A DNA stretch of 64,000 nucleotides from Trueperaceae bacterium (GTDB taxonomy: Bacteria > Deinococcota > Deinococci > Deinococcales > Trueperaceae), in assembly GCA_965215355.1 (NCBI GenBank), contig CBDCDJ010000007.1, forward strand, positions 2,570,285 to 2,634,284, written 5' to 3'. The notes below the pieces were generated by a model that ran no database searches, was not told where the DNA came from, and was given only the letters and a program-made list of their open reading frames with translations. The position numbers were made by a program, and so were the translations under genes. This document shows, in pieces, positions 18,028-27,413 of this stretch (positions within the stretch are counted from its first letter, which is position 1; each line of letters begins with the position of its first letter).

Positions 18028-19386
18028 TTGAAGGAGGCTAGGATGAACCCCAAACCGTCAACCCGAGAGAGAGTCAAAATCGCGCTAGCAGCCCTGATAC
18101 TGGTTCTCTTCACCCAAGCGAGCGCTCAAGAAGCCGAACCCTTAAGCCTGTGGGTGATGGGCAGCGCCACCGACAACGCCGTCAGCTACTTAGACACCGT
18201 TTTGCCCATGTTTACCGAAGAGACCGGCGTGAACGTCGAGTACGAGTTCGTGCCTTGGGGCGACGCCGTGCAGCGCATCTCGACCGCCGTCATGTCGGGC
18301 GAAGGGCCGGACGTGACGCAGGTGGGCACCACCCGCGTGCCCGGTTTTCAGGCGACCGGCGGCTTTGTCGACCTGACAGACGCCTACGGCAACAGCCTCC
18401 CGGCGCGAGACGCCTTTTTTCCCTCCACCTTACAAACCGTCGGTTACGCCGGGAAAGCCTACTCGGCCCCCTGGTTCAGCGACCCCCGAATCCTCATCTA
18501 CCGTAAAGACCTGTGGGGCGAAGCGGGTTACCCGGAAGGCCCTAAAACCTGGGAGGACCTGGTCGACGGTGGGACCAAAATCAAGGCCGCCCACCCAGAA
18601 CTCGCCTCGGTCATCGGCTTGCCGGGTCAGGACTTCGGGCACTACCTGGGCGAATTCATCTGGCAGAACTGTGGCGACATCCTCTCGCCCGACGGGTCCA
18701 AAGTCACCTGGACCGCGCCTGAGGTCGTTGAAGCGGTAAAGTTCTTCGCCGACCTCGTCGCCGAGACCGGAATAGCCGCGCCGCAGAACGCCGAGTGGAC
18801 CTACGACGACGTGCTGACGCGCTTTTGGGACGGCGGTATCGCGACCCTGTTCTTCGGCTCTGAATACAGCCGCGTGGCGACGCCCGAACAAGCGAGTGCC
18901 CTGGAAGACGACATCGGCTTCGCCCTCGAGCCCTCCGGCCGCTGTCAGTCGAACTTCGTCGGCGGCTCCAACCTCATGGTCTTTGAGGGCGGCGACCGGC
19001 AAGACGCGAGCGTCGAGCTGATTTCGTTTCTCCAACGCCCCGACATCCAGGCCTACAACACCAACCTCGGCAGCCACGTCCCCGTCGTCCGCGCGACCTT
19101 CGCGGACAGCGCGCCCGAGAACGACCCCGAGCTGTGGACAACGCTGGCCGAAGCGACCGAAGTCGGCCGCACTTTTCCCGTTCACCCGGCCTGGAGCGAC
19201 GTCCAGCAGACCATCCCCGAGGTCGTGACGCGCGTCTACGCCGCCATCATTGACGGCAGCTACACCGACGCGACGGTCGAGCAGATTCTCCAAGAGGTCG
19301 AAGCCGAGGGCCAGCGCGCGCTCGACGCGGCGGGCGGCGCGCCCGAAGGTTACAACAGCCCCTGGCCCACGCCCGCGAATCCATAA
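18028..19386 (+). CDS. Carbohydrate ABC transporter substrate-binding protein (family 1).
   Basis: 452-aa ORF with a signal peptide and the SBP_bac_1 fold signature. The probable start is the internal Met at 18043. Confidence 0.85.
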   Translation: MKEARMNPKPSTRERVKIALAALILVLFTQASAQEAEPLSLWVMGSATDNAVSYLDTVLPMFTEETGVNVEYEFVPWGDAVQRISTAVMSGEGPDVTQVGTTRVPGFQATGGFVDLTDAYGNSLPARDAFFPSTLQTVGYAGKAYSAPWFSDPRILIYRKDLWGEAGYPEGPKTWEDLVDGGTKIKAAHPELASVIGLPGQDFGHYLGEFIWQNCGDILSPDGSKVTWTAPEVVEAVKFFADLVAETGIAAPQNAEWTYDDVLTRFWDGGIATLFFGSEYSRVATPEQASALEDDIGFALEPSGRCQSNFVGGSNLMVFEGGDRQDASVELISFLQRPDIQAYNTNLGSHVPVVRATFADSAPENDPELWTTLAEATEVGRTFPVHPAWSDVQQTIPEVVTRVYAAIIDGSYTDATVEQILQEVEAEGQRALDAAGGAPEGYNSPWPTPANP

Positions 19387-19394
19387 GCGTAGAC

Positions 19395-19420
19395 GGGGGC
19401 GGCGCACCAGCGCCGCCCCC
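19395..19420 (+). promoter_or_regulatory. Intercistronic GC stem-loop (11-bp perfect stem) between the SBP and permease genes, followed by a GGAGG RBS.
   Basis: gggggcggcgc-acca-gcgccgccccc. There is no U-tract, so it is a likely mRNA-stabilising or attenuating hairpin. Confidence 0.5.
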
Positions 19421-19431
19421 GCGGAGGTACT

Positions 19432-21417
19432 ATGGCAAACTCCTCTTTAAAGTTGAGTGAGGCTCGAGTGCAGCGCCCCCGCGCCGCAGGGCGCAAAAAC
19501 TCGCGCGGGCGGCTCGCCTACTGGATGATTTTACCGGCGATGCTGGGGCTGCTGGTCATCTTTTTCGTGCCGATGCTGTGGGGCGTCGCCATCAGTTTCA
19601 AAACCTACAACAAGTTCACGCTGAGCCGCCCCTTTTTTCAGCTCGAGTGGGGTGGTTTTCAAGAGTACACTCGAGCTTTCGAGAGTTTGGGCTACGGCTT
19701 CACCCAATCGTTGAGCGTGACGCTGTCTTACACGCTCCTCACGATGCTGTTCAGCGCCGCGCTGGGGCTGGGCGCGGCGCTGGTCGCCAACCGCAAGTTC
19801 TTCGGCGCGCTCCTTTTCAAAGGCGTGGTGCTTCTCCCCTATATTTTACCGAGCGTCGTGTCGCTCATCACGCTCCGCTTTATGCTGACTTCGGACGGCA
19901 TCATCAACGCTTTGCTGTTAAGAGTCGGGCTGATTCACGAGCCCGTGTTCTGGCTCGTCGGGAACAACAGTTTTTGGAGCATCCTGGTGGGGAGCGTGTG
20001 GGTGCGCTGGCCACTCTTTTACCTCGTCTTCTTGGCCGGGCTGCAAACGGTGCCGCCGTCTTTGTACGAAGCCGCCACGGTCGACGGCGCGACCACCTGG
20101 CAAAAGTTTCGCCACATCACCTTGCCCTACCTGCGCTCGGTCGGCGCGGTCATCATTCTGTTCAGTTCGCTGTGGTCGTACAACGATTATCTGACGCCTT
20201 ACGTCATGCTGGGCGGTGAGTATTCGGAGATCCCGGCGGCGGCGTCGCTGTTGTCGGTCGAAATCTTGAAGCAGTCGTTCAACAACTTCAGCTTCAGCTA
20301 CGGCGCGGCAATGTCGATTTTGATGACGCTTCTGGCGCTGCTGTTCGCCTTTGTTTACCTGCGCCTGGCCCGGCCCCAGGCTTTAGAGCAGGGCCGGGCC
20401 CCAAAACGCAGTTTCTGGACCTGGGCGCTGGCGGGCGTGGTGGGCCTTTTTGGCGCGTTTCTGCTGGGGGCGCAACTTGTGCGCATCGGTGCAGCCCTGG
20501 TCCTGATTGGTAGCGTGGTGCTCCTCATCCGACTCTTGTTGGGCCTTGCGGAGCGCGCGGCGCAGCGGGCGCTCACCCTGCTCGGCGGGCTGTTTTACGG
20601 CTTCGTCGTGCTGTTCCCGGTCTACTGGCTCGTCGTCAGCTCGCTCAAAACCGAGAGCGACATCCGGCGGACGACGCTCCTGCCGACCATCTGGGCGTTC
20701 GAAAATTACCGGCAGGTCTGGGAACAAGTGCCGCTGCTGCGCTATTTCGGGAACAGCCTCGGGCTGTCCGCGGTGTCGATGGTGCTGGCGGTGATGGTCG
20801 CCACGATGGCGGGCTATGCGTTCAGCCGTTTTCGCTTTTTCGGGCGCGGGGTGTTCGGCGGCAGCGTCCTCGCCACCCAACTTTTCCCCGGCGTGCTGTT
20901 GCTGGTGCCGTTTTTCCTCATTTTCAGCACCCTGCAAAACACGCCGCTCTTGGAGAGCTTGGACATCCGCTTTATCGGCCGAAACGTCTACTGGGGGAAC
21001 TTGGGTCTGATGCTCCTGGCTTACACGTCGGCGGTGTTACCGTTTACCATTTGGGTGATGCGGGGCTACATCGACAGCTTGCCCGCCGACTTGGAAGAGG
21101 CCGCCGAAATCGACGGCTCGAGCCGCTTCGGGGCGTTTTTGCGGGTGACCGTGCCGCTGGCGGTGCCGGGCATCGCCACGATTGCGATTTTAGCCTTCAC
21201 CCGCGGCTGGAACGAGGTGCTGTTTTCCTCGGTCCTGACCAACGAACTGACCCGCACGGTGGCGCTCGGCATCCAAGACTTTCGCACCGAGTTCACGGTG
21301 CGCTGGAACCTGACGATGGCCGCGGGCGTCATCATCTCGCTGCCCGTCGTCGTGTTCTTCACCTTTCTGCAGCGCTGGCTCGTCTCGGGTTTGACGGCGG
21401 GCGCGGTCAAGGATTAG
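19432..21417 (+). CDS. Fused two-domain carbohydrate ABC permease (MalF-like and MalG-like domains in one polypeptide).
   Basis: 661-aa ORF. Residues about 1-310 and about 360-661 each contain a complete permease module with an EAA loop (…EAATVDGAT…, …EAAEIDGSS…). Confidence 0.8.
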   Translation: MANSSLKLSEARVQRPRAAGRKNSRGRLAYWMILPAMLGLLVIFFVPMLWGVAISFKTYNKFTLSRPFFQLEWGGFQEYTRAFESLGYGFTQSLSVTLSYTLLTMLFSAALGLGAALVANRKFFGALLFKGVVLLPYILPSVVSLITLRFMLTSDGIINALLLRVGLIHEPVFWLVGNNSFWSILVGSVWVRWPLFYLVFLAGLQTVPPSLYEAATVDGATTWQKFRHITLPYLRSVGAVIILFSSLWSYNDYLTPYVMLGGEYSEIPAAASLLSVEILKQSFNNFSFSYGAAMSILMTLLALLFAFVYLRLARPQALEQGRAPKRSFWTWALAGVVGLFGAFLLGAQLVRIGAALVLIGSVVLLIRLLLGLAERAAQRALTLLGGLFYGFVVLFPVYWLVVSSLKTESDIRRTTLLPTIWAFENYRQVWEQVPLLRYFGNSLGLSAVSMVLAVMVATMAGYAFSRFRFFGRGVFGGSVLATQLFPGVLLLVPFFLIFSTLQNTPLLESLDIRFIGRNVYWGNLGLMLLAYTSAVLPFTIWVMRGYIDSLPADLEEAAEIDGSSRFGAFLRVTVPLAVPGIATIAILAFTRGWNEVLFSSVLTNELTRTVALGIQDFRTEFTVRWNLTMAAGVIISLPVVVFFTFLQRWLVSGLTAGAVKD

Positions 21418-21458
21418 GGAGGTTTTACGGTGAAAGTTTTTGACGCGGAGGGTCTACC

Positions 21459-22307
21459 GTGAAAGTCGGCGTGTTCACGGTCATGTTGCCGGACCTCAGC
21501 CCGGAAGAAGCGGCGCACGAACTCGCCGTCGCCGGTTACGACGGCGTCGAATGGCGCGTGACCTCAATCCCGGCGGAGAAGCGACGCGAGCCGACCTCCT
21601 TTTGGGGCAACAACCTCTGCACGCTTCCCCCCACCCAGGCGGGGGCGGAACGGGCGCGCGCGCTTGCCGAGGCGGCGGGGCTCGTGATTCCGGGTTTGGG
21701 TACCTACATCGACGTGGACGACCTGGGGGCGACGGAAAACGCCATGCGCTTCGCCCAAACGGCGGGCGCGCCCCAAATTCGGGTGGGGGTGGGTAAGTTT
21801 CAAGAGGGGTCCGCCTATCACGACCTGTTCGCCGACGCCAAGGCTTTTCTGGCGGAGGTCGAACCGTTGGCGCGGCGGTACGGCGTGAAGGCGCTGGTCG
21901 AGATTCACCACGGCACGATTTGCCCCAGCGCCGCGCTCGCCCACCGGCTCGTGTCCCACTTCGACCCCGAGGTCGTCGGCGTGGTTCACGACGCGGGCAA
22001 CATGGTGTATGAAGGCTTCGAAGACTACCGGCTGGGCGTAGAGCTGCTCGGCTCCTACCTAGCCCACGTCCACCTCAAAAACGCGGCCTACGCGCAACCC
22101 GCGGGCGGCGGCGTGTGGACGCCCCGCTGGGCCCCCCTGGAGGACGGCGTGGTCGACTTCCCGCGGCTGCTCGAGGCTTTGCGGTCCGTCGGTTACGACG
22201 GCTGGCTGGTCGTTGAAGACTTTAGCGCCTCACGCCCCAGCCGCGCCGCGCTGCAGCACAACCTGGCGTTCGTCCGCGGGCTGGTAAAGGAGGTGGTGAC
22301 GGCGTGA
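21459..22307 (+). CDS. Sugar phosphate isomerase/epimerase (xylose-isomerase-like TIM barrel).
   Basis: 282-aa ORF with the AP_endonuc_2 / xylose-isomerase-like fold pattern. Confidence 0.8.
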   Translation: MKVGVFTVMLPDLSPEEAAHELAVAGYDGVEWRVTSIPAEKRREPTSFWGNNLCTLPPTQAGAERARALAEAAGLVIPGLGTYIDVDDLGATENAMRFAQTAGAPQIRVGVGKFQEGSAYHDLFADAKAFLAEVEPLARRYGVKALVEIHHGTICPSAALAHRLVSHFDPEVVGVVHDAGNMVYEGFEDYRLGVELLGSYLAHVHLKNAAYAQPAGGGVWTPRWAPLEDGVVDFPRLLEALRSVGYDGWLVVEDFSASRPSRAALQHNLAFVRGLVKEVVTA

Positions 22308-23416
22308 CCCAGCTACGACACGTCGTCATCGGCGTGGGGGCGAGCGTGCTCGAGATGCACCGCCCGGCCTTCGAGCTGCCCACCACCCAAATCGTCGGCG
22401 TGACCGACCCGAACATCGAAACCGGCGCGGCGCGCGCCGCCGAGTTGGGCTGCACGTTTTATCCCGACTTTGAAACCCTGCTGACGGAAACCCGGCCCGA
22501 GGTAGCCGTCGTCCTCACGCCGCATCCCTTTCACGCGCCGGTCACCGCGGCTTGCTTAGAGGCCGGCTGTCACGTGCTGGTTGAAAAGCCTATGGCGGTC
22601 GAGGTCGACGAGGCGGACGCGGTGATTGAAGCCGCGCGCCGAGCGGGTCGGCTGTTGGCTGTGAACTTTCAGCAACGATTGCGCGGCGAAGTGCTCGCCG
22701 CCAAACGTTATCTGGACGCGGGCCACTTGGGCCGGGTGCAGCACGTCGACATCACCAAAGCCTGGCCGCGCACGAACGCCTACTACCGCTCGGCGACCTG
22801 GCGCGCGACCTGGCGCGGCGAGGGGGGCGGCGTGCTCCTCAACCAAGCGCCGCACGACTTGGACCTGCTGTGCTACTTCCTGGGAATGCCCAGTCGGGTC
22901 GTCGCCTGGACCCGCAACCTGCTCCACGCGACCAAAACCGAGGACACGGTGCAGGCCATGCTCGAGTGGGCGGGCGGAACGCTGGGCTCGTTTCACATCA
23001 GCACGGCCGAAGGGGGTCGGGACGAGCGTATCGAGGTCGTCGGTACGGGCGGCGTCATGCGCATCGGTGTAGGCCGGGTGACGGTCGAACGGTTCGAGCC
23101 CGACTTCGCCCACTACAGCGAAACGACGCTCGAGAGGTTCGGCACGCCCGAACGGGTAAGGGTCGACCTAGAGCTTGTTCACAGTCAAGAGGAAGGTCAG
23201 GGCAACCACACCGAAATTTACCACAACCTGCACCGGGCGATTTTGCAAGGAGCCCCGCTCGTGTGCGACGGCGAATCGGGGCGCATGTCTTTGGAGCTGG
23301 CGAACGCGATGATTCTCTCGAGCTACACGGGCGAGACCGTCGCGTTTCCCCTTGACCGGGCAGCTTACCATACCCTACTGGAAAACCTCAAGCGCGGTGA
23401 GGGGGCGACGGCGTGA
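22304..23416 (+). CDS. Gfo/Idh/MocA-family NAD(P)-dependent oxidoreductase.
   Basis: 370-aa ORF with an N-terminal Rossmann fold (HVVIGVGASV…) and the EKP motif (VLVEKPMA). Confidence 0.85.
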   Translation: MTQLRHVVIGVGASVLEMHRPAFELPTTQIVGVTDPNIETGAARAAELGCTFYPDFETLLTETRPEVAVVLTPHPFHAPVTAACLEAGCHVLVEKPMAVEVDEADAVIEAARRAGRLLAVNFQQRLRGEVLAAKRYLDAGHLGRVQHVDITKAWPRTNAYYRSATWRATWRGEGGGVLLNQAPHDLDLLCYFLGMPSRVVAWTRNLLHATKTEDTVQAMLEWAGGTLGSFHISTAEGGRDERIEVVGTGGVMRIGVGRVTVERFEPDFAHYSETTLERFGTPERVRVDLELVHSQEEGQGNHTEIYHNLHRAILQGAPLVCDGESGRMSLELANAMILSSYTGETVAFPLDRAAYHTLLENLKRGEGATA

Positions 23417-23479
23417 CGGGCCTCGGGTCACTCAGTAGTATCTGTCGAGGCAAACGTTTTACCAGATCGGAGGGGCCTC

Positions 23480-24574
23480 GTGACGCGTGACGGGATGCGC
23501 TACGCGCCCACGGGCAAGCCCAGCCCGGTGGTCGCCGCCGGCGAATTTCCTTTTGCAGCGACGGCCCTGGAGCACGGGCACATCTACGGGATGTGCAACG
23601 GCCTGACCGAGGCGGGCGGCACCCTGCGCTACGTCTATGACGACGACCCGAAGAAGGTGGCGGCGTTCAAGCGTAAATTTCCCGCTGTCGAGGTGGCCCG
23701 GTCGCTAGAGCACATCCTCGACGACCCGCAGCTAAAGCTCATCGCCGCCGCGGCTGTTCCTTGCGACCGCGGTCCCCTGGGTGTGCGGGTCATGAACGCG
23801 GGCAAAGACTACTTTACGGACAAGACGCCCTTTACGACGCTCGAGCAGCTTGACGCGGCGAGAAAGACGGTTCAAGAAACGGGCCGGAAGTACCTGGTCT
23901 ACTACAGCGAGCGCCTTCACGTCGAGTGCGCCGTCTACGCCGGAGACCTCATCAAAGGCGGGGCCATCGGCCGCGTGATTCAGGTGCTCGGCCTCGGGCC
24001 GCACCGGCTCAACGCCGCCGCCCGGCCGGACTGGTTTTTTGAGCGGGACAAGTATGGCGGCATTCTGTGTGACATCGGCTCTCACCAGATTGAGCAGTTT
24101 TTGTACTACAGCGGCGCTACCGACGCCGAGGTGAGGCTGGCGGCGGTCGCCAACTACGCGCACCCGGAGTACGGTGAGTTCGAGGACTTCGGCGAGGCGA
24201 GTCTTGTGGCCGACAACGGCTGCTCGAGCTACTTTCGGGTGGACTGGTTTACGCCCAACGGGCTTTCGACCTGGGGCGACGGGCGCACCCTCATCCTCGG
24301 TACGGACGGTTATATCGAGCTGCGCAAGTACGTCGACGTGGCGCGGGGGGGCGGCGACCACCTCTATTTGGTCGACGCCGCGGGCGAGCAGCACCTGAAC
24401 TTGGCAAACCGGGTCGGCTATCCTTTTTTCGGGCACCTCGTTCTTGACTGCCTGAACCGCAGCGAAAACGCCATGACCCAGGCGCACGCCTTCAAAGCGG
24501 CGGAGCTGTGTCTAAAAGCGCAAATGGTTGCAGACGTTGGGTCAGCAAGCCCGTCCAAACGTTTTGCTCACTGA
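23480..24574 (+). CDS. Gfo/Idh/MocA-family oxidoreductase (second paralogue).
   Basis: 364-aa ORF with the Gfo/Idh/MocA N- and C-terminal domains. Confidence 0.8.
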   Translation: MTRDGMRYAPTGKPSPVVAAGEFPFAATALEHGHIYGMCNGLTEAGGTLRYVYDDDPKKVAAFKRKFPAVEVARSLEHILDDPQLKLIAAAAVPCDRGPLGVRVMNAGKDYFTDKTPFTTLEQLDAARKTVQETGRKYLVYYSERLHVECAVYAGDLIKGGAIGRVIQVLGLGPHRLNAAARPDWFFERDKYGGILCDIGSHQIEQFLYYSGATDAEVRLAAVANYAHPEYGEFEDFGEASLVADNGCSSYFRVDWFTPNGLSTWGDGRTLILGTDGYIELRKYVDVARGGGDHLYLVDAAGEQHLNLANRVGYPFFGHLVLDCLNRSENAMTQAHAFKAAELCLKAQMVADVGSASPSKRFAH

Positions 24575-24759
24575 ACTAAACAGGACGGAGAAGGTTCTAC
24601 TTGAGCGAGCGGTTTAAGCGCTGTGGACTGACGGGACGTTCGAACCATGACTCTTTGTTCGAGTGCCTTTTAGAATCGACCGGTGGTTCAGGACCTAACG
24701 CTGTCGCGCTTAGGGAGCTTTCTCGGCGATTTCGTAGTGCTTATGGTGTTTTGGGTTCG

Positions 24760-25556
24760 GGTAGTGGCTCAACCGAGACTGCCAGCGATGTCGAGGTTGT
24801 AGTGAACGAGGAACAGATGGAGGCAAATGAGGTGCATGTGGTCTGATTTGGAGAAGGACAAGGTTTCCCTGACAAAGCGCGCTAGACGTTGGCGGACGGT
24901 GTTGTTGAAGCGTTCAACGTGAGCTGTTAGACCGGTATCCTTACCCACAGCTTGGTGCTGTTCATCAGGAATGACTTGTAAGCTCAGAAGTCGCTGAACA
25001 CAATGCCTTGCTTATAGGCTTCGGGGATGTTGCGCCAAAGCCTCCGACAAGTGGCAACGCCACGCCCGCCTATGACACAGGCGACGACGTCAGGCGTGGT
25101 CGCACCCGCTACCTGCCGGGTTTGTTTACAAAGAGCAAGCCAAACCCACCTCTTGTTGGCTTTGTGACGCACAAACGACCACATCTCATCAAGCTCGAGT
25201 TGCACCGCCTCCGGCTTCTCAGGGATGAACAGCGTGGCACTAAGCGGCAGAGTCGTCTCGGCTTTTTTTAAGCCACACGCCTAGCGTGGTACGCGACACG
25301 CCAAAAGTCCTGGTTATCCCGCGCATGCTGGAGCGCTCCTGATACGCCTTGAGGATTTCGTCTTTACGTGCTTCGCTGTAGCCGTAGTCTGGGTTTTCCA
25401 AACTGGCTCGGTTACAGTCCTTACAGTGAATGGTAGTGGCCCAACCCCAACTGCTAAGCTAAGGGATGGTCATCCAGAGCGTCACGTGTTACCACTGCGG
25501 CAGCGAGAACCTGAAAAAGAACGGTAAAGCACCCAACGGCAAGCAGCGCTATCAAA
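24760..25556 (-). mobile_element. Defective IS1-family insertion sequence (about 797 bp). It carries a nonsense codon and a frameshift in the transposase, and its left terminal about 125 bp are inverted.
   Basis: Minus-strand reading …CKDCNRAS…RGITRTFGVSRTTLGVWLKK…LELDEMWSFV…GIVFSDF*(TGA for W)AYK/VIPDEQHQAVGKDTGLTAHVERFNNTVRQRLARFVRETLSFSKS… is colinear with IS1-family transposases. The zinc-finger N-terminus (MVIQSVTCYHCGSENLKKNGKAPNGKQRYQ) is encoded on the opposite (plus) strand at 25466-25555. The terminal repeat GGTAGTGGCYCAACC occurs at 24760-24774 and at 25432-25446 in the same orientation. Confidence 0.75.
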
Positions 25557-25575
25557 GTACTTGTACACACAAGTC

Positions 25576-25770
25576 TCACCCCAGAATCTCCTTGACCCGC
25601 CCCACCTCGCCCGACTCGAGCCTCACCTTGATCCCGTGCGGGTGCGTGGCGCTCTTGGTGAGGACGGTCTGCACCACGCCTTCGGTCAGTCGGCCCGTGC
25701 GCTGGTCTCGCTTTTGCACCACGGCGACGCGCAGACCCGGACGGACGTTCGACCTAGCTTTTCCATTCAT
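25576..25770 (-). CDS. Small YwbE-like (DUF2196) protein.
   Basis: 64-aa ORF; …GVVQTVLTKSATHPHGIKVRLESGEVGRVKEI matches the YwbE family pattern. Confidence 0.55.
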   Translation of the reverse strand: MNGKARSNVRPGLRVAVVQKRDQRTGRLTEGVVQTVLTKSATHPHGIKVRLESGEVGRVKEILG

Positions 25771-25820
25771 CCTTGCTCCCTAAAAGGCCTCGAGGACAGT
25801 GACCCTTTTGCGGCCCATCC

Positions 25821-27345
25821 TCAGTTGGCCGACACCGCGCGCCCTTCAGCCCACGCCCTCACGCCGTCCAAGCACTCCGCCATCGTACGCGACAGCGGGA
25901 CGGTTTGCCGCACTTCGTTTAAGAGCAGTTCAGAGGTCAAATCGCCGCCGTCCGCAAAGGCTGTGTACAGGCCGGAGACGACGCCGCCCTCTAGCTCCGC
26001 CCTACTGAACCCCTTCGTCGCCGCGGCGAGGGTTGCAAGGTCGAAGCACTTCGGGTCACGTTTGCGCTTTTTGAGGTGCAAGGCCAGGATATCGGCGCGT
26101 ACGGCCGTGGTAGGCAAGTCGACGAAGAAAAGCTCGTCGAAGCGGCCCTTGCGCACGAGTTCGGGGGGCAGTTTCGAAACGTCGTTGGCGGTCGCCACCA
26201 CGAACACGTCGCTGCGGCGGTCTTGCAACCAGGACAAAAACGCGCCCAGCACCCGTTGCGACACGCCGCCGTCCTGGTCGCCGCCCGCCCCGAAGGCTTT
26301 TTCTATTTCGTCTATCCACAGCACCACCGGGGCCATTTTTTCGGCCATTTGGGTGGCGCGGCGGAAGTTCTTTTCGGTCTCGCCGATGTACCTGTTGTAC
26401 AAACTCGCCGGGTCCATCTTGAGGAGCGGCAAACCCCAGTCGGCGGCGACCGCCTTGGCGCAGAAGCTTTTACCGCTGCCCTGGAGCCCCACCAGGAGCA
26501 CGCCTTTGGGAAACTCGAGCCCGAAGGCCGCCGCCCGTTCGGGTTCGACCAAAATGGCGCGGCGCTTCGCCAACCAGCGCTTCAGGCCGTCCAACCCCGC
26601 AACGTCCGTCATCGCTTGCTCGGCGGGGTAGTACTCGAGCAGACCGGACCGCTCGACCACCTCTTTTTTGGCCGCCACCACCCTGCCGATGTCGTCAGGA
26701 CCCAAACAGTTGTCTTCTAAAATCGCCTTGGTGAGAATTTTTTCGGCCTCGAGCCAGGTCAAGCCTTGCAAGTTGCGCACCAGGCGGTTCAGCTCGTCTT
26801 TGGTGAGTCGTAAATCGACGGGGGCGCGTTTGGAGAGGTCGCGGTAGAGGTGTTCGGCCAAGCTGCGGAACTCGTCCGGCTGCGGAAGCGGTAAGAGCAA
26901 CACGGTCGCCAAGGCTTTGAGGTTGGCGGGTAGAGCGTCGGACACCGTGCCGGTGACGACGATGCCGCCTTCGTGCGTCCTGAACTGCCGAGCGGCGTCG
27001 CACAGCTTGGTGGCGAGCGTGCGGTCTTCCAAATCCTCGCCCAAGCCCTGAAAATTGTAAATCGCTTTGCGGTACTGCCGCTCGACCTCAAAGAGGGCGT
27101 CGACAGGGTTGAGGGTTTTTTCCGAGGCGGCGAGTTCGTAAGCCAGGCGCAGGCCTTTGGTTCGGGTCCAGGTGAAAAAGGGCAGCTTCATGCGGTCGGC
27201 CAAGCGCAACAGCAAACTCTGCGCGCGGTCCTCCTCCACAGTTTCAACGAACACGACGGCGTGACGTGAGCGCAGCAGCAACGCCAGGTCGCTCAAAAAG
27301 CCGTCGCTGAAGCCGTCACTCACAGAGACAGTGTTGGGCACACTG
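25821..27345 (-). CDS. AAA-family ATPase with an N-terminal degenerate domain of about 250 aa.
   Basis: Walker A GLQGSGKS, Walker B VVLWIDEIE and an SRH-like region are present. The probable GTG start is near 27345; the ORF track extends to 27551. Confidence 0.75.
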
Positions 27346-27413
27346 GCGAGCTTAGCAAGATGTTCAGGCCGAAGCCGAGGCGTTTTTCTCGCTCGAGGCG
27401 CTAGACTGGCGGC

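Noticed and set aside
24601-24846. 81-aa plus-strand ORF next to the Gfo/Idh/MocA gene.
   Set aside because: Its 3' third lies antisense to the IS1 transposase C-terminus and terminal repeat. It is most likely a chance ORF spanning the IS insertion boundary.
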